Assembly (NCBI GenBank): GCA_016930295.1
Contig: JAFGHE010000043.1
Coordinates: 1-58,523, forward strand
Origin: Sedimentisphaerales bacterium
GTDB taxonomy: Bacteria > Planctomycetota > Phycisphaerae > Sedimentisphaerales > SM23-30
DNA length: 58,523 nucleotides
Direction of reading: 5' to 3'
A program made the position numbers and the translations under genes. Under the pieces are notes generated by a model. The model was not told the origin of the DNA, ran no database searches, and worked only from the letters and a program-made list of their open reading frames with translations. Below, one piece after another: positions 28,926 through 39,300 of the stretch (position 1 is the first letter of the stretch; each line of letters starts with the position of its first letter).

Positions 28926-29852
28926 TTAACGACCAAAAGAAAATGAAGTCTTTAACGCCTGACGTACTTTTTGAGCACTGATCATACGCGTCTCTCCGAA
29001 GCTAAAAATCCAACGGCATCCCCAGTATCCTAAACGCACTAATCCACTAACAAAAAATAAATATCGGGCAATATACATGGCAAAAAGTCCCTGCCGCTTC
29101 TTGATAAAGTACAAAAAGCTCTTTTGCTGTGCTGCTCGCATCTCAACAGGATTTTGGGCAGCGGACATCCCGCCATAATGAATAATCCTGGCGTCGGGAT
29201 AATATAAAATCTTCCAGCCCGCCTTCTTAAACCGCCAGCACCAGTCCATCTCTTCGCCGTACATGAAGTACGCCTCATCCATCATACCTGCCCGGTCAAT
29301 CGCTTCACGCCGTACCAGCATACAACAGCCGGCTACGACATCCACTTCTCGAACCGACTGATAATCCCACCATAATAAACGTTCCCGTCCAAAAAAACGA
29401 CTTTGGGGAAACAATCGGTGTAAACCCAAACTGGATATTATCAGATTCTGGACACTGGCAAATTGAAAACAGTTTTTTATTAGCCTGCCGCCCGGCCGGT
29501 CATTGCGTATCCCGATCACCGCCACTTTGGGATGCTGCTCGGCAAAAATAACTGTCTTCTGTATCGCTCCCTCCAGTACGATTGTATCGGGATTTAAGAG
29601 TAACACATATCGCCCCCGGGCAATCTCCAATCCCTGGTTATTCCCCGCCGCAAATCCGCGATTATCTGCATTCTCAATCAAGATGATCTGCGGAAATTCT
29701 GTTCTGATCATCTGCACCGAATTATCGGCGGAAGCATTGTCAACCACTATCACTTCAAACGTAATGTTACGGGTCTGCGCATAAATCGACTTTAAGCAAT
29801 CCCGCAGGATATCCCGTGTGTTCCAGTTAACAATAATTATTGTTACATCCAT
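28926..29852 (-). CDS. Family 2 glycosyltransferase (rhamnosyl/galactosyl-transferase-like)
   Basis: 'VTIIIVNWNTRDILRDCLKSI', 'VVDNASADNS', 'LLLNPDT' and 'YGEEMDWCWR' are typical. Confidence 0.9.
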   Translation of the reverse strand: MDVTIIIVNWNTRDILRDCLKSIYAQTRNITFEVIVVDNASADNSVQMIRTEFPQIILIENADNRGFAAGNNQGLEIARGRYVLLLNPDTIVLEGAIQKTVIFAEQHPKVAVIGIRNDRPGGRLIKNCFQFASVQNLIISSLGLHRLFPQSRFFGRERLLWWDYQSVREVDVVAGCCMLVRREAIDRAGMMDEAYFMYGEEMDWCWRFKKAGWKILYYPDARIIHYGGMSAAQNPVEMRAAQQKSFLYFIKKRQGLFAMYIARYLFFVSGLVRLGYWGCRWIFSFGETRMISAQKVRQALKTSFSFGR

Positions 29853-29856
29853 ATAT

Positions 29857-31122
29857 TCAGCATTTCACTCCGATTAATCTCTTGCGATTGCCCGGCAAGT
29901 AACTGCTGCTTAATGCAAATAATATAAAAAGAAAATTGCATGCCTGACCAAATAAAGAAACTGAATTCATCGCAAAAAATAATCCGAGCAGAGTAGCCCC
30001 CATGCACCATCGTTGCCAGATCTCAATTCTGTTGGTCAGAGAAGGCATATCATTATAAATATTTTTCAACGAATACCAGATCAATCCCATGAAAGGAATA
30101 AATCCCAAAAGTCCAAATTGGCACAAAACCAATAAATAATGATTGACCATGTCGGTATGATCGCGACCATCAATTTTATCACACCACATGGGATCGTTAC
30201 CATACCCATATCCAAATAACCAGTGATCCGACATGCCGCCTTCAAAAAAAGCCACTTCAATAAGCCGGGTTCGATACCAGGCTGTCTGTGAATTGAGGGC
30301 AAATCTATCAATCACATTATAAAAATGCCTGTTACTAAGCACCTCCACTACCAAACACATTGCCAGCGCCCCCACCAGCATTTGCTTCCAGTAATTTCGT
30401 ATTTTATAAAGACATATAATACTCATTATGGTAATAACACATAACCAGCCCCCACTGGACAAACTGGCAAAAATACCGGATAATATCACTAATATACAAA
30501 AACTACTGATTACTTTTGGAAGTCTGGGCCAAATGGACATCCCCACCCCAAATATCATTGACAAAAAAACTCCAAAATATATGGGATGATCAAAACTGGC
30601 CCTGGCTCTCTTGAGTCCCCAACGTGGAGCTATTTCAGCGACATTCCTTCCAAAAAGAAGGCAATTGTAATCCGTAATCATCTCAACCAGGCCGAAAGCC
30701 GCCAAAGGAGTCGTTATAAACACTACCGCTTTTAAAAATCTTTCCAAAGAATGCCTGTTCGTTATCAAAACTCGAATAAGTATAAAAGGCATAAAAACAT
30801 CGAAGAAAAAACCGGACCGGTTTATAATAAGAGTCATAAAATCAGTAGTAAATATACCTGATATTATCTGACAGACAAAATAAGCTATCATGAACTTATC
30901 CAGAGGAATAATCGTATATCCCCGCATAAGTTTTTTGTTCATTAACACCCGGATAAACAGAACACAGCACACTATCCTCGATACTGAAAAATCAAGGGTG
31001 GCAACTTGTACCGTATTGCTCGACGGATACCATATAAGCGAGGCATAATATATTATCAGTGCATGAAATGGTTTTAACAACACACAAAGTAATGAACATA
31101 TTGAAGCAATTGCCAGAGTCAT
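29857..31122 (-). CDS. O-antigen ligase/polymerase-like membrane protein (Wzy-like)
   Basis: This 421-aa polytopic membrane protein has a central loop ('SFDHPIYFGVFLSM') like the Wzy_C/O-antigen ligase families. It sits inside the EPS operon. Confidence 0.7.
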   Translation of the reverse strand: MTLAIASICSLLCVLLKPFHALIIYYASLIWYPSSNTVQVATLDFSVSRIVCCVLFIRVLMNKKLMRGYTIIPLDKFMIAYFVCQIISGIFTTDFMTLIINRSGFFFDVFMPFILIRVLITNRHSLERFLKAVVFITTPLAAFGLVEMITDYNCLLFGRNVAEIAPRWGLKRARASFDHPIYFGVFLSMIFGVGMSIWPRLPKVISSFCILVILSGIFASLSSGGWLCVITIMSIICLYKIRNYWKQMLVGALAMCLVVEVLSNRHFYNVIDRFALNSQTAWYRTRLIEVAFFEGGMSDHWLFGYGYGNDPMWCDKIDGRDHTDMVNHYLLVLCQFGLLGFIPFMGLIWYSLKNIYNDMPSLTNRIEIWQRWCMGATLLGLFFAMNSVSLFGQACNFLFILFALSSSYLPGNRKRLIGVKC

Positions 31123-32376
31123 CTAACTGATAGTGAGTGGCTTATACCACCTCCTCATTAATATTCGCTTAATGGTAGATAATATCGCTTTATTTTTTTC
31201 TTTGATAGTCAGTTGTTTCCAATTATTCTTAAGGTTAAATCCTTTATAACCCGGAACGGGAATACAAAATAGTTTCATAATCAATAGCCGCCCCCTCAAT
31301 TGTCGGCGACGTTGAAGAACTGATTTTTGTGATTTTGGCAGCACCTCTGAACCAGCATCTTCCAGTGAGGCAAAACCGGTTTCTATCGCTCTCAACAGAT
31401 ACTCCATACCTTGAGGAGTTCGTACTAGCACCAAAGAGAGACCCTTTTCACCCGGTGTCACTTCCCTGTGCCAGGGATCACCACAGGAGATGTCTGCAAA
31501 CTCCCCGGTTGGATCGGGACACAAACGACAACGCAACTGGCCATACTTGCTTAAAATGCCGCCCCAGGTCTCTGCGTAAGTCAATTCAAACGTTTTATCA
31601 CTATGTAACAACTGAGCCTTTGCCATGCCGGGCCAGCCATTCCCTCGATAATTGAATGATTTGACTTCAGATTCATCTTCCACCCCCATTGCCTTAAGCA
31701 CCGCCAGTGTACCCGCTGTGCTCGGAGTGCCGGCACAGAAGATGCTAACCGCCAGACCTACGTTACTATCCAGTTTCGGATCCATCTTTTGAGCTTTTCG
31801 CAGGGCCGCTACATCGCATGGCTTACCGATGAACATGCAGGGACCGGATGCCTGTTTAATATGCTCAAACGCCTGACATGGAGATGCCGGTGCGTATCTT
31901 GATCCTGTCGTCTGCTCTAACTCATCACGGCAGGTACTGAACGTCGGAATGTTCTGGAGTGGATTATCAGGATCGGCCTTTATATGCAGAACACCCGAAT
32001 AACCAGCCTGTTCAACAGCATACAATGCCAGGGCCGTTGCAATCCCTCCGGAAGATCCGGAAAACCGTATTTCTTCATCGCCGGCATATCCCTCATATAA
32101 AGCCGATATGGGTCCCCAGGACTGCTTCAAAGCCTGATCGATATCTTCTGGAAAATGGCCATGTTCAAGCTTAATACCAGGACAAATCTCAACACACTTG
32201 CTACACTGCTCACATTTATTTTCATCTATTATCGGGCGAATACCGGTATCAACAATGTTCTTCAGCGATATTGCAGCATTCGGACATGCCCATTTGCATG
32301 CACCACACCCCATGCAAAGCCGCCAGGCGGCAACTTGATCGGCACGGTCCATTTTTTTAGATTTCGATGCCATCAA
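31123..32376 (-). CDS. Coenzyme F420 hydrogenase/dehydrogenase beta-subunit-like (FrhB family) iron-sulfur flavoprotein
   Basis: It has two ferredoxin-type motifs, 'CMGCGACKWACPNAAI' and 'CEQCSKCVEICPG', followed by FrhB-like N- and C-terminal domains. It abuts the Wzy-like gene (stop 31123, next start 31122). Confidence 0.75.
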   Translation of the reverse strand: MMASKSKKMDRADQVAAWRLCMGCGACKWACPNAAISLKNIVDTGIRPIIDENKCEQCSKCVEICPGIKLEHGHFPEDIDQALKQSWGPISALYEGYAGDEEIRFSGSSGGIATALALYAVEQAGYSGVLHIKADPDNPLQNIPTFSTCRDELEQTTGSRYAPASPCQAFEHIKQASGPCMFIGKPCDVAALRKAQKMDPKLDSNVGLAVSIFCAGTPSTAGTLAVLKAMGVEDESEVKSFNYRGNGWPGMAKAQLLHSDKTFELTYAETWGGILSKYGQLRCRLCPDPTGEFADISCGDPWHREVTPGEKGLSLVLVRTPQGMEYLLRAIETGFASLEDAGSEVLPKSQKSVLQRRRQLRGRLLIMKLFCIPVPGYKGFNLKNNWKQLTIKEKNKAILSTIKRILMRRWYKPLTIS

Positions 32377-33673
32377 ATAATGATAAAACTTTCTCGTTTG
32401 TTAACGGAATTATTTTATTTAATCCGGCCTTTATCGCATGCCTTTTATTAAAGATGTTTTTTATCTGTTCTAACAACTCGGCATTAGAGGTGTTTCTCAT
32501 ATCTACTACATAATCTGGAATACCAACAGACTCAAACACTCCGATAAACTTTTTACTGTATGCCATTCCAATAGCTGGGATGCACTGTGATATCGCAGCA
32601 ATGCAGGAATGCATACGTGCACCCATAAAAAAATCACATTGTCCTATTATATATTTTATCTCACACTGGTCAAATACTCCAGATGGCAGAATAACACTCC
32701 TTTTGACCTCCGGAGAAAGACCGTCACATATTTTTGCACATGCATAAGGGTCACTTTCCACAGCCAGTCTATCATCCGGAAAAACATGAGGTACCAACAT
32801 AACATATGTATTTGTCTGGGAAGAAAAGTGTTGAATAATATCCCTTACAAGTTCTGGATAATCTGTTTTCAATTTAAATTCATTTTTACCGGTATATCCA
32901 CCATTATACAATAATCCGCTGACATTGAGACCGATCACGCTTTGACCCTGTTGTTTTACTGCATGCAACTTTTCGGTAACAGGATTGTCCGGCTTACGGG
33001 AACCAAGTGCAAACGCTATATCAGGCGACAGTCTGGTTTTCTCGTTTTTTCCGATAAGCATTTCCACAACCAGCAAGCTTTCCCTGTCACGCGAATATAT
33101 TTCATCGGAATATCGAAGAATTCGCCCGGCCATCATTTTTGAAAGTTTACTTTTAAATGGTCCATATGTCTGAGGAAGCATAATAAATGGCCTGCCATTC
33201 AATTGACATAATCTTTTTTTCAGATATCCACGTATAAAACGTTTCATCCCATATATATCACTGAAACTATCACCCCCAGTAATATCAGCAATAAGATCGG
33301 CCCTGCACAAAACTCCAATTGTGTCATTTCTTAAACCTAGTTTACGCTTAATAATATCACTATTAAATATCCTTAACATCACCATAATAAACAACAATTT
33401 AATATAATGGTTTTTCACAAAAATATTCGGACACACTCGTATCGGAAAGGACTTAACCAAAAATGGCCTACCCTCAATATCTATTACGGTCTCCGACTGT
33501 GAACGGCCTGCCCCGATTATTACTATCTCAGCATCCGGCCAACTATGCAAAATACATCTTATACTGGATTCCGCTAAAGCACTAACACCCAGGTTACCAG
33601 TATCAAAAGAAGCCCCCATCAACCCGATTGTAATAGACCTGGATTTATCTGGCCGCTCTTTAAATATCGTCAA
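32357..33673 (-). CDS. Polysaccharide pyruvyl transferase (CsaB/WcaK family)
   Basis: 'IADITGGDSFSDIYG', 'LPQTYGPF' and 'FMGARMHSCIAA' are typical. Its 3' end overlaps the FrhB-like start by 20 nt. Confidence 0.8.
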   Translation of the reverse strand: MTIFKERPDKSRSITIGLMGASFDTGNLGVSALAESSIRCILHSWPDAEIVIIGAGRSQSETVIDIEGRPFLVKSFPIRVCPNIFVKNHYIKLLFIMVMLRIFNSDIIKRKLGLRNDTIGVLCRADLIADITGGDSFSDIYGMKRFIRGYLKKRLCQLNGRPFIMLPQTYGPFKSKLSKMMAGRILRYSDEIYSRDRESLLVVEMLIGKNEKTRLSPDIAFALGSRKPDNPVTEKLHAVKQQGQSVIGLNVSGLLYNGGYTGKNEFKLKTDYPELVRDIIQHFSSQTNTYVMLVPHVFPDDRLAVESDPYACAKICDGLSPEVKRSVILPSGVFDQCEIKYIIGQCDFFMGARMHSCIAAISQCIPAIGMAYSKKFIGVFESVGIPDYVVDMRNTSNAELLEQIKNIFNKRHAIKAGLNKIIPLTNEKVLSLFDGIEI

Positions 33674-34250
33674 TCTCTATCTCTCTCACTGATATATGAA
33701 TATCTATATAAAAGGTCAATTCTGACTCTTTCATATACATTATCAATATCAGCGCCCTAGCTTCCACGTAGTGTTAAATCTAAATGGAGGACTGGACGTA
33801 ACTATGCTTGTCTATATGTTGATCCTTACTGCTTCTGAAATTGATCCCGGCCTTACCGAATGCCATGCCCGGTCCCAATTGCACAACAAAACGAATGGTC
33901 CGGGTACACCTTTGAATACTCCCTTGATCCGAAAAAACAACCCGGACCGACCATCATTCAAATCCTGCTAATGTTGGCTAATTGGTTCCGCCCAGATATT
34001 ACATCATGATTCGTGATCATTAGCGCAATTCATGGCAAGATTATTTTCTGTCCAGACACACTCCGTCCCCGTGGGTTACATCGTAATTTTCATGTAATCT
34101 CTTTAATCAAAAATACTTAACTACAAAAAGCTTAAAGCACAAAGTAGTTAATATTTCTGTTAAATATCATCGATTTAAATTATTAGACTACTTATATTTT
34201 TTATAAAGTTTAGTTGCTATAAACTTCATTCCGTCCATCCGGTCATCTTG

Positions 34251-34997
34251 TCAAAATTCATTTTCCTCTCCAGATTTTCCAAGTTCAGCCGCTTTGACAA
34301 TGCCGTTCTGGTCCGGTAAATAATCAAGAATTAAATTACTAAAATCCCTGGTAGCCGAACGGACTGAATTTTCTGAGACGGAGCTTAACTGGACCTGGGC
34401 CACATACCGGGCCGGATCGCCGGCTATATTAGGAGTACGCCAGCCTACCCCGGAAAATACACTCTCATCATCTGTTAACCTGCCGTTAACTATATAAAAA
34501 TTTAGTACTACCAGCTCTTCGTATTCAGGTACTGGCAGATGGAAACGGTGTAGAAGGCATGGTATCTCCAAGCCACTATTGGAAAACTCCACCGCCTGGT
34601 CGGTCCTATTTAATATCCACCCTTGGGCCGGATAACATATCTGGGGCTGATGGCCTATCATAGTCCGCGGCCGGGCAGTAAAGGCAATGTATATATTGAT
34701 CCATTGGTTGGTTCCCCTCTTTATATATATGCGACTTAAAAAATCATCATTTTTGGCAACCTCCTGAATATTTATAGGTATCGGAACTTCCTTACCGATC
34801 CATTGGCCTATCTCCATAGGAAACTCATTCAATGCCATAGGCAAGGTTATAATATTTTCGTTAATGCCTTGCAGATAGCCGGCTACTGAGCGATAGGTAG
34901 CGCCTGAAAATATCAATAACAGGACCACAACCGGCCATATCCATTTACCAGATTTCGGTGGATCTGTTTCTAAAGCCATATTGGTAAAATTTTCCAT
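34251..34997 (-). CDS. epsI: EpsI-family exosortase-associated protein
   Basis: After an N-terminal TM it has 'MIGHQPQICYPAQGWIL', matching the family's H-x-P-x-x-C-[YL]-P-x-x-GW core. The 'YVAQVQL' tail and 248-aa size also fit. Confidence 0.75.
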   Translation of the reverse strand: MENFTNMALETDPPKSGKWIWPVVVLLLIFSGATYRSVAGYLQGINENIITLPMALNEFPMEIGQWIGKEVPIPINIQEVAKNDDFLSRIYIKRGTNQWINIYIAFTARPRTMIGHQPQICYPAQGWILNRTDQAVEFSNSGLEIPCLLHRFHLPVPEYEELVVLNFYIVNGRLTDDESVFSGVGWRTPNIAGDPARYVAQVQLSSVSENSVRSATRDFSNLILDYLPDQNGIVKAAELGKSGEENEF

Positions 34998-36379
34998 AAT
35001 ATCTATATTTAACCTAAACCATAAATTTTTTTATTTGTTAGTTACCAGCCCCGAAGGGTACACTTGAATCGCTTTAAATAAATCAGATACTGACATATCA
35101 GTACCAGAATTATTATCTATATTCACTATTTTTTCTATAAATAGTATGCCTCTATACTTACCTGTTTGTTTTAAGTCTTTTCCAAAAATATATTTATAAT
35201 TAAACCTTTTACATATATACCCTATCAGAATTCTAATCTGTTAATATATAATGAATTACAAAATCATCATATCAACTCATATATCCTGATGAATTACTAC
35301 CATTATAAACTTTTTACTCAATATAATTGTATGCATGTAATCATACAGCAGGGGCCAAAATATAATAAATTGAGGTCGCTAAATCAATATAAATGGCCAT
35401 ATAAAGAATAATCGCCTCTTTATTATATCTTCTTGATGCCAACCCGCATTTTTCTTGGGGACCTGTGACACACTGTGGCAAGGACCAAAACCAAATATGT
35501 TAACCTTCCGATAATAAAAAGGTTAAAACTTGATAGGAATTTCAGTCTTTTCATATTATTTGAATTATACAACTAAATTTCACTGAAACTATAGCCGCCG
35601 ATAACCTTGCCAAGTATAATCACTATAATATGATATATCCTACTAATCAACCATCAATAACCCCGAAGTGCCCTACACAGCCATCGGCCGCAACCTAAAA
35701 ATTAATCATAAATTTAAAATTAGAAAACAGTTAAACCAGAGAAATGCATGTAATCCATGGTTCAAAAAGAAGTTATAACAAATAGCTATTTTGTATAAAC
35801 ATAACTTTTGGAAATATTAACATAAACACAAAAAAGCCTTTTTTATTGCAATTATCACTAAATATTTCGATCAACATAGTCCGATAAGATTTATTTTAAA
35901 TTAGCATTCCTAACAATTTTATTATATCCAGACCTGTTTATAATTTATTTATTAATTCAAATTTATCTAAACTATGTAAAATAACAAGCTTAACTCTAAA
36001 TTCCTCTTAGGTCCACAATTAGTATATTGTCATGAATTTCTGGATAGGTATTTTCTCTTTGAGTGATTAGTGGCTGACATAATCACCTAATATATTGTAA
36101 AAATTGGAGTTATTGATAATTTAATGTTATCCCGGATAAAAAAAAACGAGTCAATCCATGATAAAAAATAAACAATCGAATTTGCCAACACATGATTTGT
36201 ATGTTAAATTGGATAAGTGAAGTAATATAGGAAATTATGGGTACCCGAAGAATATTTCTTTATTTGAAACAGTAATACTAATTTCACTGAGATTTATACA
36301 ATCTCAACCTAACATCGTATCTACTGTTTAAAATAAGTTACAACTATGAAATAAAGTCCGTCAAAAATGGAGACAAGAA
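34998..36379. promoter_or_regulatory. 1.4-kb AT-rich non-coding divergent region between epsI and the giant gene
   Basis: No ORF of 60 aa or more occurs on either strand. Hand counts of two 60-nt lines (35881.. and 35941..) give 15/60 and 9/60 G+C, against about 24/60 for a typical coding line. A GGAG lies 7 nt before ATG 36380. Confidence 0.5.
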
Positions 36380-39300
36380 ATGCATCCCGTCCAAAATAAG
36401 TTTCCACGTCAGACCACTATTCTATTTCTGATATCACTTGTTATCTCATTATTGTTTACCCAGCAGCTTTTAAGCGAAGTTGGAAGTAATTATATAGAAC
36501 AATTTGGTATTACCTGGACTTTCAACAAAAATATCACAACAGATGGTAGTGGGGATACCTATCAATATGGAACATTTGTAAATGGCGACTACTGGGTTGT
36601 TGGACCCGTAGTTCTTATAGATATTAGTCCAAATTCAACTATGCAAGAGACATATGATAGAGTTATAAATGGATCCATGATTAATCCTGATCCATTAGAT
36701 CAGAGTTCACAAGGCTATGACAGTGAAATGTATGCCTGGGCTAGTACAACTACTAGAAATCATCCTGAATGGAGAAGTTATAGTGAAGCAAAAAATGTAG
36801 CCAGAAAAAATAATGCTCCAATTAATGCAACCAATCCATTAATAATTCAACAAAATTCTTCCCTTGTTTCCGCAATAAGCAAAACTAATCCCGATAGAGC
36901 CATTCTGCAAACAGCAGCAATTCTTACGATTCTTGAATCTGTTCCACCTGATAATAGCTTTCGTCCTTCTTACTCCAGTACCGATAAATCAATTCCACAT
37001 ACACTCTCCGATATCAATTATTCAGCTCTCAGAACCTTAACTCCGACGGCACATGCCATGTCTTTCGCAACGGCTGAAAGGCATATTGAACGACCCTGGA
37101 TTGATCATATACCTGATTTTCGCGCCCGTTATCATCACCCAGAAGATAATATGGAGGATTATTCCAGAGATTTCTCTCAGGTCGCTGGAGATATTGCTTT
37201 ATTATTGAATCTAAATTATTCAAATGCACAGAAACAAACTCTATTGATTAGGTTCCTCCAATTAGGAATAGATAATTATGCTGTAAGTCTAGCAGGAGCA
37301 TCATTATCTGGAGGGCAATGGCCAGGACGTGAAGGGCAAAATATGGGTAGAAAACTGCCCATAGTTTTCGCGGGAAAAGTCTTTAATGATACTGATATGC
37401 TCAACATTGGGACATGGAAACAACAGGGAGATCCTACATTTCAGGAAGATGTGCAATTCTGGGTCGTATCTCAAAGTGATGTCGGAAGAAATCTTGTTGG
37501 GGTAAATACAAGTAATCCTGTTGAATACACAGCAGACCTTGTCGGATTCCCTGAGTGGGGGTCAAGACATCTGGGACCCGATGCTGACATCTCCCGTGAT
37601 AATGCTGATATAAATGCCAGTTATCGAGATATTTGTGCCGTAGGATTAAATGCTCACGCATTAGTTGCACTGATAATGGACTTTAAGGAAGAATGGGACA
37701 ACGACACATTTTTCGATTACATGGACAGATGGTACGGATGGACACATGGAGTCGGGGGTACTCAAGTATCAACTGTTTTTACCAGAGAAATGTGGGACCA
37801 ATATCGTGCGGATTATGGTCCTGTTTGGCCTGATACAACCTATTCTCCACCCTCACTGAATATCACCATAAATGGAAACGGGTCCGTTACTAAAAATCCC
37901 GACCAATCTGAATATAATCCTGGAGATAATGTTACCATTGAAGCACTTCCCGAGCAAGGTTATATTTTCAGTTCATGGAGTGGAGATCTATTCAGTAACA
38001 ACAATCCCGTAACTCTGACTATGAATTCGACCATGAATATTACGGCAAGCTTTGTAGCTCAAACAACTGATTCCTTAGTCGGGCACTGGCCTCTCGATGA
38101 AACAACCGGAACGGTTGCAGCTGATCTTTCTGAGTCAAATAACCACGGCATCCTCCTGAATGGAGCTGGCTTTGATGGAACCCCGGGTATAATTAATAAC
38201 GCATTACGTTTTGATGGCAATAATGATGCCGTACAAATTTCAACAGTAAATTGGAATCTTTACAGAGGTACCATCTCCTTGTGGGCCTATGCCGATAACC
38301 TGACGGGTACTCTGTATCTTTTTGGCCATACCATAGGTTCCTGGAGCAACAGATTACAGCTTTATATGGATGATGGACATCTGGGCCTGGGACTCGGTGA
38401 CTCACACACTACTGCTACAGATATATTCAACATGGTAACTCATCAATGGGTCCACATCGCTTTGGTGTGGAACGGTACGAATTATATCGTTTATGTTAAC
38501 GGAACGGCCCGCGCTAATGGTACGTATACCGGTTTAACAAGTTTTGAAAGCTATGCCGATATCGGAAATAACGGGAATAATACCGACCGTGCCCAGGCTT
38601 TCAACGGCCTTATAGATGAAGTGCGAATTTATAACCATGTTCTGGATAACAGTGAAATCCTGGCTCTTTACGAGCAGGGGTCATCAACGACCACCTATAC
38701 CATATCCGCGTCTGCCGGACAGGACGGCTCGATATCACCCTCCGGCACGATGTCGGTAACAGCAGGTGAAGATAGAACGTTTACCTTTACACCCGATACG
38801 GGTTATCATATTGAGAATGTTGTCGTAGATAATGATCCCCAGGGTGCTATATCCAGTTATACCTTCAATAATATTAATGCTAATCACACAATTTCTGTCA
38901 CGTTTGCAATCAATACGTATAGCATCACAACCACTGCCGACGCCGGCGGAATTTTCTTCCCCAACGGTGACATCGTCGTTGACCATGGAAGTAATCAGCC
39001 CTTTACCATTATTCTGGACGATGGTTATTATATCACCGATGTGCAGGTGGATGGTGTCTCACAGGGAACCATTAGTAATTATACATTCTACAACGTTACT
39101 GCCGATCATACGATTTCCGCAACGTTTGCCAGCGCATCTTACACGATTGCCGCCTCCGCCGGTAATGGAGGAAGCATCGATCCAAGCGGCGAAATAAATA
39201 TTGCGCATGGAGCTAATCAGCCCTTTACCATTGCCGCTGAAAACGGTTATTATATCGAAGAAGTAAAGGTAGATAATATTCCACTTGACACAGTTCCTCA

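Noticed and set aside
33771-33971. 66-aa plus-strand ORF in the 577-nt gap between the pyruvyl transferase gene and epsI
   Set aside because: It lies on the strand opposite to the surrounding operon. It has no SD, a proline/asparagine-rich low-complexity tail, and no family resemblance.
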